Positions 52,368 to 64,000 of a stretch of 64,000 nucleotides of DNA are shown in pieces. The stretch is from the NCBI RefSeq assembly GCF_033153115.1, contig NW_026889758.1, positions 30,628,001 through 30,692,000 on the forward strand, in the 5' to 3' direction. The translations under genes were made by a program, and so were the position numbers. The notes under the pieces were generated by a model that saw only the letters and a program-made list of their open reading frames with translations, searched no databases and had not been told where the DNA came from. The stretch is from Saccostrea echinata (taxonomy: Eukaryota). Position 1 is the first letter of the stretch, and each line of letters starts with the position of its first letter.

Positions 52368-55300
52368 AATTTTATAGTTAATGGTATTAAATTGAATTAC
52401 CATGAAGATGTATTATGTTATTTATTACACCATGCATATCGAATTGTACTGTATATAATTTTTACAATCTACTACGGTATCTCTCTCTACCAAATACATA
52501 TTTTGCGGCAGATTTGGAAACATATGTCTCCTTAAGGGAGAAATCAAAAAGATTGATATCAGATAAAAACTAAATTCAAATAGTAAAAAGGGAGGTGGTC
52601 AAGAGCCCTAAAAGTTTTTTTCGACATATATGATTACAAAGAAATTGAATCTTGAGCATAAGTCTTGTGCTATTAAATGATTCATTTTATGAATTAACAA
52701 AAGAAATTTTATTTACAGTGTCAGAAATACTAGTATTTTTGAAATAATCAAATTTACATCCACATTCATCAAATTGAGTTTTGAATAGGGGGCTGAGGCT
52801 TGATGAAAAACTATGTCAATTTATTTTTTTGTAAGATTTTGAACTTTTGATCCTCTTAAAACACAACTTAAAACCAACATCTGTTTCGTTAAGAAGTCTG
52901 TCACTGTTATTGATTGATTGATTGAGTAGTTTAACTCCGAGTCGATAGATTTTATTTTCGGTGGTTGTTAATAATAAAATAATGTAGACTTAAATTTTGT
53001 TTCATATAATGCAAAAGGTGAAGATAACGAACAGTGATCAACATCATAAGTAAATAATAAGAATCATGAACAGGGCAAAACCTGGACCTCTTGAAATACA
53101 AGAGGTGGGATCAGGTGCCTAGGAAGAGTAAGCATCCCCTATCGACTGGTTACACCCGTCTTCAGCTTTTGTATCGATCAGGTAAACGGAGTAATTCGTA
53201 GGTCAAAATTGTTAAACAATAACCTAACAATTAATTGGAACATGTCAGTCAATGTATAACCCAAAAATAGGGTGTGATTGCAAACAAAGTCGTTATAACA
53301 ACCATAGAATTTGAGAAATGCTGCTTTCAAAGGAGATACATAGTTGAAAACTCTGTAACTTACTTACTAAAATTTTTCAGTAACCTGTCTCTGTTTAAGA
53401 ATTGATTGTACTCAGAATATGCTATTCTGTATCGAGCCAGCTGGGAGACATAAATATCATGTGCAGGTGATTATGAAAAATTACATAAATAGGGAAAGTT
53501 GACGATGAATTAAAAACGGAAGTCTTCCCGTTTGTCATATGGTTAAGTTTTAAGTTGGCCAATAATGTCTATAATCAGTAATATATCTGAGATTGAAACA
53601 GATGAGACAGACTCTATGGTGTCCTTTATTNNNNNNNNNNNNNNNNNNNNNNNNNNNNNNNNNNNNNNNNNNNNNNNNNNNNNNNNNNNNNNNNNNNNNN
53701 NNNNNNNNNNNNNNNNNNNNNNNNNNNNNNNNNNNNNNNNNNNNNNNNNNNNNNNNNNNAATAAATATTGTTCATTCATAAACGTCGTTGATATAGACCA
53801 ATGCAGAACTCCAGGAGTAGGAAACAAAGTTTATACAAGTATGAACATCTATATTACAAAAGCATAGTCCTCAATTTGTTTCGAGTTGACATAAGAATGA
53901 AATTTAATATTGTCATTAAGTTTTCTTTTTCTCACACAGATGTTCCAGAATGCTGCTTTATAAGAATATAAAAAGGTCGGTTAATAAAGGACAAAATTAG
54001 TGCTCCTAGTAATTCTAACGGATTTTTGGAAGAACTGGTCTCCAAACACTACATATATTTTTTTTTCAATTCGGAACTCCAGGATCTCTGTAGGAAACAA
54101 AGTTCATACAAGTATGAACATCCATATTACAAAAGTATATTCCTCAATATGGTTTCAGCTTCCCGTTATTGTGTTCCAACATATTTAGAGCCCGATCTAC
54201 TTGCGGAGTCTCTTTTGTTAGCATTTGTTGTAATAAATATCCAAGTTGTGTGTGCTCAGAGCACAATAACAAATTAAATTTTGGGGATAAACTGCAACTT
54301 AACTGTAACTAAATACATGTCATTAAAATTATTGTTTTAAGAAGCTTTTTTCATGAAATATTTAATCTGTGGAAATATGTCACATGATATAATCATGCTC
54401 AAGTTATGAAGCCAGTTTTAGGTTGCGACTAAAATAAAAACAGTTTACGTTCCTATTTGTTTTCTGAAATCAGTGCTCTTTAGATGCATTAAAATAGTTC
54501 AAAAAGGTCATGAAAAAACCATAAACTGAGACCTGCATTAAGCCAACCATTAGTACAACTTTTGAAATGTTTTGAAATTAACCCAAATTGTTAATACGAG
54601 TTTGTCCTTGAATATAAAAAAAACTGCAATTTTATTGGAGACATATTATAAATGAACATCAAGATATTTAAAAATTAATTTTAGTCTGTTCTCAGTTTAT
54701 GGTCTCTGATCTAAAAACAACACTTGGTGCATTTATGTATATATGATATGTGATACTAACTCTATTATCCTTGATATACACTTCCATTTCACGTAACAAT
54801 TCCTTGGCTTTCTTTTCTTTTTCTTGATGTGCCAGAACAAAAAAGTGTTGGTCACTTGGTATAATTGGATCTGTAACCATATTAGGAAAATTACATATAT
54901 AAATATGTGTGGCACTTAAGAAAAAGATACACCTATTTTTACATGTGTCCAAAAAGCATTTTCAACATAAAAGTAAAGAAGATGACATTTTTACATAATA
55001 GCAGAACACATTAATGCTTTCATTTTTAAACTTTTTTGTAACAAAGTTTGTTAACATAATTGTGTTGTATTTTTATTTGGTCAGGAAAGATGGAACATAT
55101 TTAGTAAGAAAGACCAGTTATATCATTCACCTCAATCAAGAGAAATAACTCACCTTTGTTTTCAAACTGTAACTATTGTCTGTCACATGAACAATATACA
55201 ACTTATTCTCTTCTTTGTGAAGGTTTTGCAGGTACCCTGAAGATTAAGTAACACTATATTACATTTCATTTATTATTTTGAAATTCATTTACCTACTTTT

Positions 55301-55371
55301 AATGAACAAAACTTACATTCCAAGGCTTTCCGGGCAATTTTACTTCCATCAATTGCTATCAAAACCTTCAT
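49787..55371 (-). CDS. Universal stress protein copy 4 (~149 aa if repaired; apparent 1-nt frameshift in exon 2)
   Basis: Exons 55371-55317, 55236-55154 (83 nt rather than 84), 54870-54761 and 49987-49787. Protein reads [55 protein letters not shown]. Confidence 0.85.
50622..50662 (+). ncRNA. Hammerhead-ribozyme-like motif next to a Penelope-like fragment
   Basis: CUGAAGA, stem II GACA-UAAUU-UGUC, GAAA, then stem III AUACGC/GUGCAU (1 mismatch) ending in AUC. Stem I is not evident. Confidence 0.5.
50685..51332 (+). mobile_element. Degraded Penelope-like RT 3' fragment
   Basis: YIDDVLS, KFYGRY and the conserved 3' tail. It lies in USP copy 4 intron 3. Confidence 0.8.
52288..52363. repeat. (TA)n microsatellite
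   Basis: Seen directly. Confidence 0.97.
53006..54060 (-). mobile_element. Degraded Penelope-like RT fragment spanning an N-gap
   Basis: 3' tail at 53006-53180 and IKDTIESVSSVS.., with further RT remnants after the gap. Confidence 0.75.
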
Positions 55372-56686
55372 TTTGTTTGTTTACAATCCAGTGTGAGCAG
55401 TCAAATATATTTTTATGATCCACAGTAATCAATGCAGTTTGTCAAAGCTCAATTTCTTGACGTATCTTAGGCAAATAATCACATTGCCATTTAAACTTGG
55501 AACTACGTCCTGTTGATATGCACGTTTTAGGACATTCACATTAAGATCATATGAGAATGATTCTCGGTCGACACGGTTGTTTTGGTTAGTGCAAAATTAT
55601 GAATAAACCTCATTAGCATTCTTTAACTGTATAACATTACAGATAAGGAAAGGGGGAATTATGATTGCCAGCCATGGAAGTTTTATTACTTCTGAAAAAT
55701 ATTTCCACAGTTCAAACAAATTAGTTTACAAAAATTTACGATTAAAGCAATGAATTTGAGATGAAAAGTAATTGTATTTAATCAATTGAAAATGTAAAAT
55801 GAAATCCTTTGATTTAAACTTTAAACATTGTTAAATATCCTTGAAAATACAATTGAATAATTTGCGTTATTTTCTTAATTTAAACTATACATGTGAGTTA
55901 AATTTGATACTCTATTTTTCTGCATTATTAAAAAAAAAACACCAGCAACATATTTATTTTGTACTACCTGATAAGGGTCGGTTATTTACATTCATGATAA
56001 ATGATAAGGACACGGATAAGTAGAAGCTTTGTAACTTGTTTCCAAATCTTTTTTAATTTTCTTTCACTGTATGTGTTTCGTTTTTGTTTTTGTTTTTGCT
56101 TTTTTGTTTTTTGTTTTTTTGCTAGACATGTTCCAGTGAAATGTGGTCAACTAAATAATTTGCCTACAAATTACAAATTACCAGAATTTTAATTTGTTGG
56201 TTTTCCTTGTAAATCGTAACAGTTGACAACTCATGACAATTGTTCCAAAAACACAAAACTGAGGAGTTTATTTTTGTTATGACTAAGTATCTATCAGCAG
56301 TCGAACGTGCAACTTTTTAAGGCGACAATATCAGAGTTTCTTATTTTTCTGTGGTTACGATCTCCTATCTAGACAAAGACATGTAAGAATTTTTTTAAAA
56401 AGCAGAACAGCAAGACTACATACAAATATGAGAAAAGCTGTGCAGCTTTAAATAAAGCTAAACATATCCCAATAGATCGCCATAATGGAGTTCCAGATTT
56501 TTACTTTGGACAACTATGAACTAGGAAAGAACAACAAAGCATCAGTTGCTCAAAGTAATCTGCAAAGAATTCTCACAGAGATAACAGTAGATAAGCCCTT
56601 GTAGTCATATAAATTGTGGACGTTGTAAACAGGATGTCTTTCTTTGGTAAAACATCCATATATAGAAATATAAAAATTTTTCAAAC

Positions 56687-56719
<33 letters not shown>

Positions 56720-57074
56720 GTGGTGTCTTTTTTTCTCGAATTTATTGGGATATATCATCTCTACGTTTGAAAGAAAATGAATATTGCTTATTGATAAAAT
56801 GTCGGTACAAGCTTGAAAATACGGATATATATTTAATTGCTGTGGTAAAATTTTGAAATTTATTTCAAAATTAAGGATTATCTCCTTCATGCGTAGCTCT
56901 GATCCTTCGAAGTATTTGGCTCACGTCTTTGGCACACCCCTCCCCTCCCCTTTTCAGTTCTTCCAAGTTTTTTTTATTAAAATATTTTGGATTTCCAATG
57001 TTTCGACATGAGCATCGAAATGCTCATCTGGTGCATAAAATTGGTACCGTATAGGACTTACATGAAACAGAAGA

Positions 57075-57826
57075 AAAACAATACAAAATTGAGGAGGGAT
57101 CAGGTGCCCAGGAGGAGTAAGCATCCCCTGTCGATCGGCCACATCTTCCGTGAGCCCTATTTATTGATCAGGTAGACGGAGTAATCTGTAGTCAAAGTTA
57201 ATATAAAAATAAAGGTCTAACAATTGGTATAGAATATTTCAGTCAAATGTGCTAATACCATAAAATTTACAAAATGCGAATTTTAACGAGGTTGTTGAAA
57301 TCCCTGTATCATTATCTGTTAGTAGCTTGCTTTGGTTTAAAAATTGATGTACTTGGAGCATGCCTCTGAGTATCGGATAATTTTGGAGACATAAACACCA
57401 TATGCATGTGATAGCGAAATATTATTACATAAATAAGGAAAGTTCACAATGTAAAAGCTGAAATCACTTCGTTTGTCATACAATTTAGTCATTACTTATC
57501 CCTTTTCTTTTATAATCAGTAAAACCAAATATGAAAAATATGTGACAGACCTTTTTTTTATTTCGAGTTCACTTGGATATATCGAGTCGACATGAATGGA
57601 AGTAATAACTGTTTTTTTTTTCAAAGTTGCCGATATATATGAATGTCGAGTTGAAGGCTACAGTGCGTTTTTCTTCTTTTCATACAGAAATTTTCTAATA
57701 AACTCTGCTTCATACTAATATAAAAACAGGTCAGGTAATAAGGGAGCACGATTAGTGCCCATTGAAATTCCAACAATTTGTATAAAGACCCGGTCTCCAA
57801 AGACTACATAGGTGTTGTCAATGAAT
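57075..57826 (-). mobile_element. Degraded Penelope-like RT fragment
   Basis: VGISMGTNRAPLLPDLFL, LYDKRSDFSF and the conserved tail. Confidence 0.8.
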
Positions 57827-58059
57827 CTAAGGTACGGTCTACCTTAGGTTTTCTTCCTTCGCGTTTGTCCATGTGTGGAAGTTTTGTCTAATTTCTTAAA
57901 ACTTAATATTTTGCATAAAAAAGTTTTTAAAAAGTTTAACAAAATGTTTGCTGACACTAGGAAGAAAAGAAGTCAGACAACAATTAAACAGCTTAAAGGC
58001 ATGTTTTATTTCGTAACAAAGTATAATATTTAACAATTGAAGTAAATGTCCTTTGGTTC

Positions 58060-58690
58060 CTAATGTTTGTAAACCATAACAGGGACTTCTGAGTGATGTA
58101 TGACAAAGTCACTGACACTTCCTAACACTGTCCTCCTGATGAGTCCTAAGCCACGACTCCCTGTGATTAGCAAGGTGGCCTTCATTTCATGTGCCTTTTT
58201 AACTATTAGTTCTCCGGGATTTCCAAAAAGTCGAATAACCTCACCATCAATCTACTCATTGATTGGAAAATATTAAAAAGATATATAGATGAAGGAAAAT
58301 AAGCAAGTACAATGTATCAAGATACACTAATTTACATGAAAACTAGATTTCCTAGGCTTAGTTATTTGTTTCACAGGTTTTCGTAGAAATTTGACAGTCA
58401 TGTAAATAGTGATGTACATAGTGATAATTTTTTTTTCTCTACTGACCTGATTTTTACTCAGGAAGTCACCCATCTCATCCATTAATGTTTTGGCTTTGTG
58501 TTCTTCTTCCTGATACGCTAATTGAATTAACTCTGGATCAGCTGGTATCACGGATGCTAAGAAATACAAATTAGGTCAATGACTGAGAAAAATACCAATA
58601 TGAAGGAGTCTTAAGGAAATTGTTCCTGGGTATGGCATCGCCTTTATCTTGGAAACATTGATACCGACATATACTTATGACAGGGACAGT

Positions 58691-58737
<47 letters not shown>

Positions 58738-59143
58738 GGGGTATGTGTGTGTGTGCTTCAATGAAGTTTTCTTGACGAAAAATACATACTCACTATTATA
58801 CGCAAAATTATGGAGATGATCTGTCACGTGAACAAGAGTCACCTTATTTTCTCTCAAGTGAAAGTGTCTCATGTACCCTTAAAGCATAGAAGATAGATTT
58901 AAAAGTATGATATAATGGGTAAGTAACGTAAGCTTTATGCTTATCTATATGTTATAGGTAATCGCAACATAGCCAAACTTATCTGTCTCTAAATCTCAGA
59001 ATTTTCTAATTATATGTATTTAACCATATTACAAATATTGAATCTATTGGTACTGTAGAAATAATAATATTACAGTAGCATTACTTACACTCCAAGGCAT
59101 CTCTAGAACATTTACTTCCATCCACAGCTATCAAAACCTTCAT
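58060..59143 (-). CDS. Universal stress protein copy 5, 146 aa
   Basis: Exons 59143-59089, 58877-58794, 58556-58447 and 58251-58060 (55/84/110/192 nt). Protein reads [58 protein letters not shown] lies ~50 nt downstream. Confidence 0.95.
58696..58734. repeat. (CT)n microsatellite in USP copy 5 intron 2
   Basis: Seen directly. Confidence 0.95.
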
Positions 59144-60240
59144 TATTGATTCTCAGAAGATGATAAAGCTGATTTGTGGTGTATGTAACCTTACTGTCAC
59201 GAATATAATATTAAATGGACAAGATAAAAGTTCAATTGCACGCTCCTATCAAGTAAAATAAATATGTTAGGGTTTCTGAATCATGTAATGTTGACAGAAG
59301 ATTAGGTATTGAATGTTTTGGTACCTAGGCACGCAAAGTTTGTGTACTTGTCTTGATTTTTTTCTTGAATTATATTTTATCTCCTACTCTTACGCTTCGA
59401 GTTTATGCTATCAACTTTCTTTCTGTTCCTTTATACGGAAATTGTTAAGTGAAAGTTATTTAGGTCATAGGAATTGACATCTATTTATGAATATAACAGA
59501 CTGAATCATTAGATGTATTATTATATTGAAAGGCACACATATTTTAATCCAATATAAAGGGAAAGGCCTTAAAATATGATCATCAGATCATTAGATATCG
59601 TGTCTAATTGTTTTAATTCATTTTACACCTGTCTAGCAGCCGACGTATTTTCCAGAATATGAAGAGAAACATGACTGTATAAACTCAGTCATTAAAATAA
59701 GACTTGCAGTTCACCTGATGAGCAGGTATTGAAAATATAATCAATCAAAAAAACTTATCAGTATACAAGTATCTGAGACGAATCTTTCTGAATAATATAA
59801 ATTTTACACATGTATCCCCAATTCTCAAGATGAAATCTTATCTTTTGCTATTAATGTTTACTTTGGGACACTTGAGTTGCAACCATTTTTAAAATTGATT
59901 ATTACTCGAATAAATCGGTACCTAGAAAATCATACAACCCCGTAAGACATTTTGTCAGATTTGTGATCTTATGTTAATGAGATAGGGAAGGATTCATTTT
60001 AAAAGCGCCCTCTTATTTATTTTCCCTTGTCTTTTACGCAAAATTAGGCCTGAAATTGTGTTGATTACTTAAGATTTAGAATTGATAAAAGTATTTTACA
60101 TACATATTATATATTCCTATTAATTGCTTTGTACAAAATAAGTTATTCGAATTATTTCTTTTATGAAAATAACTAAATATTTAATCCTTACGAAAGTCTA
60201 AAAGGATCAATCTATTGGGAAAAAATCAAAAGGCTTTGAG

Positions 60241-60460
60241 TTTCATCAACAAACAAGTTGATGAAACAACGATATCAACAGTCTTGTTTGAAGTCAACTT
60301 TTCGCAAGTTCTATGGTCGATACAATGATCTTGTCAGGAAATACAATCTTTCATGAAGTCGAATGCTGATTGACGTTTTTCAAACTAATGGTTAGGCCAT
60401 TATTTACACAATGAATTGTCTACGGATTTTTCCGTTTGCCTGATAATGACAAGGAGCAAA
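60241..60460 (+). mobile_element. Penelope-like RT C-terminal fragment
   Basis: NKLMKQRYQQSCLKSTFRKFYGRYNDLVRKYNL. Confidence 0.8.
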
Positions 60461-61403
60461 CAGCTTTAATCTTCTCCATTTTTTAATTGTTGGTGCTAGG
60501 GTTTTCATATATCACTTGTATATTTCTTTTGACAGGTCCTTTCTTTGGATACCAACACTTTTGAACTCTTAACCTTGCTATTTTACCTACATTTGTAAAA
60601 AAATTAAATCTTGGCTTGAGCTGCCGGAGGGGGCATCAACGTTTCACAAACACATCTTTTTTGCAGAGAAATCTGAAAACTTTTCTTACCTTCTCTCAGT
60701 TTAAAATCAAACTGAATATATTTAAAGCCGAATCAATTTGCAAGAAGAAAAAAAAGTTATTTCGAATATGTCTCTATATTTTAATAATATGTTTTATGAT
60801 ATGACATAAATTTGGTCTAATATATCAAGAATTCATGTCTACAATAATGTCAATTATTGAGATTGTTATCATTATAAACGCTCGATATGTTAAGACCTTA
60901 TGTTATGTTAGCACTTCTTAGCATTTTAAAAATCTTTTAAAATATGCCAATCATTACGCTTTCACTGAAATTATTTACTGCGTTCAAAAGCTTACATTCT
61001 GCTTCCAGTGAAAAAAAAAATCACCTATTCTCTTTTTAAGCTCATATAAAAAGTATTTTGAATATATGTGTAACATACAGCTTACCAATAAAAATTTCCT
61101 TCTTTTTTGAGTTATTACATATAGTTATTGAATGGGGAAAATCAGTGATTAATGCCAAGTATCTCCTACACCTACACATTTCTGCGCATATGCCTCTTAT
61201 TATTTTGCAAAGTATTGAATTTTACATACAAGAAACCTAATATACTAATGAGAAAATTATATTAAAATGAGGAATAGGAATTTTGTCTCTAATTATATTA
61301 ATAGTATGGACATTGTTTTTAAGGGAATGAAATAACTTATTTTAAATAAAAATGATGCAACAAAAAGTTGAACAATAATATATTTAATGGAATTTGAAGT
61401 CAA

Positions 61404-62797
61404 GGGTTCAGTCACAGCTTGCCGAATTGCTCAAACAGACGTCAAACGGATGAGAAAAAAAGCAGTAGAACACAATTCGTTGGTAAAATGTTGATGAAAA
61501 TCGTCCACCACTGCATTTCAGGGCTCCATTGAAACAATACAAATTTGGGGCAGAACAAACACGGACCTCTTAAACCATCAGAGGTGGGATCAGGTGACAT
61601 GAAGAAGAAAACATTCCATGTCGACCGGTCATACCCTTGAGCTCCTTGTCGGGCGAACGGAAAAATCCGTAGACAATTTTGTGTGTGAATAATGGCCTAT
61701 AAATTTCTGTGAAAAACGTCAATCAGCATTCGACTTATTGATAGATTGTACTTGCTGACAAGATTATTGTATCGGCCATAGAACTTGCGAAATGTTGACT
61801 TCAAACGAGACTGTTGATATCTTGTTTCATCAGCTTATTTGTCAATAGCTTGTCTCGTTGTAGAAATTGTTTGTAGGAAGAGCATTCTCTTGCGTATCGA
61901 TTGAACTGGTAAACATAAACTCCATATATGTGCAGACAATAATGGTATATTGCTACATAAATAATGAAATTGACGATAGAAAGTTGAAGTCATCACGTTT
62001 ATCATAAAGTTTTGTTGTAAGATTACCATTAACCTCTTTTTCTAGTAAAATATCCAAATATGAAACAGATGTATCAGACTCTGTGGTATCTTTTTTTCGT
62101 GTTCAAAGACATACATCGAATCAACGTAGGAATGAAAATGAATATTATTGATTGATAACACGTCCTCGATATATCTAAATGTTGAATTGAATGCCACGGC
62201 AAAAGATTTCTTTGTTTCATGTAGACGTTTCTGAATAAATTCTGTTTCATATGAATACAAAAATATGTCTGTTTATAATGGGGGCGATTTTACCTATGGG
62301 AATTCCGACAGATTGTTGAAAGACTTGATCTCCAAAAATTACATAAAAACTCAAGTATTTTTTTAATATTAACTTCGAAGTTCTTGTGTACAATCAGAAT
62401 GTTTTTTAACGAAATAATTTTGAGAACGACTAATGACAAGGTAAGTAAATTTGCAAGTTGCGTTTGCAAATCATGTCTAACGGACATCAAGGAAAGCAGA
62501 CCGGTCAAGTTCAGGAAAGAAGCGCATGAGTTCCACACAAAACGCAAGCAAACGTACATCTAACGAACATTTAACGGACCTACCAAACTTGAAGCGGACA
62601 CTATAGTTCTGTGGTTTTCGTTCCAAGTTTTGAACAATCTCAAAACTTTCTGGCGGATAAAATGAACTTCACTAAATCTCTTCGGACATCCAACGTACTT
62701 GCCGAATGAAACGTAAGCAAATGGAGAGAACAGATTGATAATTTTTGCCATCCGGTTGACGTCCGTTAGTGCTATCTGGTAAGGTGTGACTGAGCCC
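61404..62797. mobile_element. PIF/Harbinger-type non-autonomous element carrying a Penelope-like insertion
   Basis: CAA|GGGTTCAGTCACA ... TGTGACTGAGCCC|TAA: GGG..CCC TIR with a near-TAA duplication and subterminal AACGGA/TCCGTT repeats. Confidence 0.7.
61530..62395 (-). mobile_element. Penelope-like RT fragment
   Basis: YSYETEFIQ..FNSTFRYIEDVLSINN, VGIPIG, YLCSNIP and the conserved tail. Confidence 0.85.
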
Positions 62798-64000
62798 TAA
62801 TGCTGAATGTACTTGAAAAGTAAAATATCGAATGTGATGAAATCAAATGTTCTTTTTTCTGTTGTAATTGAATAAATGGAAAATGCAATGACTTATCGCC
62901 AAACATAAATTATAAACGATAACTCCACCAACCTTATCACAAGAAACGGAGTGACATCTGTTATGCTTCTTGCAGTCAAAGGTACACATGTATGGGCCTT
63001 TGGCGTTATTAATATCGCTTTCTCACAATACATTTTTTATTTTCTCTTTATTGTATTTATCTTATAAACCTTTATCTCATAACTTCAAATTTTTCTTTGG
63101 TCACATGACATGAAATTCTTTGACTATATGAAGCATCTTCTGGTTTTCAACTTCGATGCATACTACCCGTCTTTTTTCCCATTTTAAAGTGAATGATCTG
63201 CCATTAAGGCTATTGTTTGTGTTACATGTATGTTATACTTATCATTATTGTTATCAGACCTCTTGATGCATAAGACCTAATTTTTTTTACAATACTGATC
63301 ATAAAGTTCAAAAACTACTGTGAATATGAATAAAGTTTTGGTTTTGGCTTCCCTCCTTTCTTTGTCACGAAAGATCAAAACCAACTCGTAATCAAAAACT
63401 AGATATCGTAATTTTGGTGGAAGTCTGTAAATGCTGTGCTCAAGAATATAAAAAAAGTCAGGGAAATTAAATTCTTATATTACTGTATTCATCAAATGAA
63501 TTTGGCTATAAATATGAAAAATTAAAAAAAAAACTATATCCAAAAAATTGAAATTGTATCCTCAACAACTCCTTAGTAACATCCTCCAATAATGTCTCAA
63601 ATTTCATATCTTCTGAAAATTACTGAATCTATACATGTTCAGGTCTGGTAATTCTATTGATGAAAAAATTCAACTTAGATGTATATGGTGCAAATGGGTA
63701 AAAACTTGTCAACGGAGAATCCCTAGAGTAGTTATCGATATAGATTTTTACATCCATTTTTGCTACCAAACTCTTATGAATAATTAACAAGTGTTTCACA
63801 TTCTCCTTTAAAATACTCATCGTGTTATAAACCAATTTTTCCTCCAGTAAAATCCACTTTTTTACTCGGAAATATAATCAGGGAAATTGCTCTTTTCAAG
63901 GACATAACCCGTCTGTTGGCATTATATAAATATCCTCGTCCCCACTGAGCTGAAATGATTTATTAGATTTATTTGACTTTTTTTATTTGATAATGCATTG

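Noticed and set aside
30759-53759. ORFs crossing N-runs (gaps at 30759-30888, 34829-34966, 53631-53759)
   Set aside because: They are assembly-gap artefacts.
21583-59143. Bacterial contamination or recent horizontal transfer of uspA
   Set aside because: All copies have three conserved spliceosomal introns and sit among animal transposons.

Overview
AT-rich, intron-containing animal DNA with three N-gaps. The repeat content and gene families point to a bivalve, probably an oyster (inference). Manual splicing gives eight multi-exon genes that the ORF track captures only in fragments. Two are convergent paralogues encoding secreted proteins with three VWA domains (2542-6847 +, 11639-8507 -). 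One is a hidden small secreted His-rich, Cys-rich colipase/prokineticin-fold gene (16202-13068 -). Five are a head-to-tail array of 4-exon universal stress protein (USP) genes (21583-59143, all -), one of which has a 1-nt frameshift. Introns and spacers hold about ten Penelope-like retroelement fragments, a hammerhead-like motif, LINE remnants, tRNA-type SINEs, Helentron-type elements with ~165-bp satellite arrays, and several TIR MITE or foldback elements, often nested. Exon boundaries were read by eye and checked for phase. No database searches were run.
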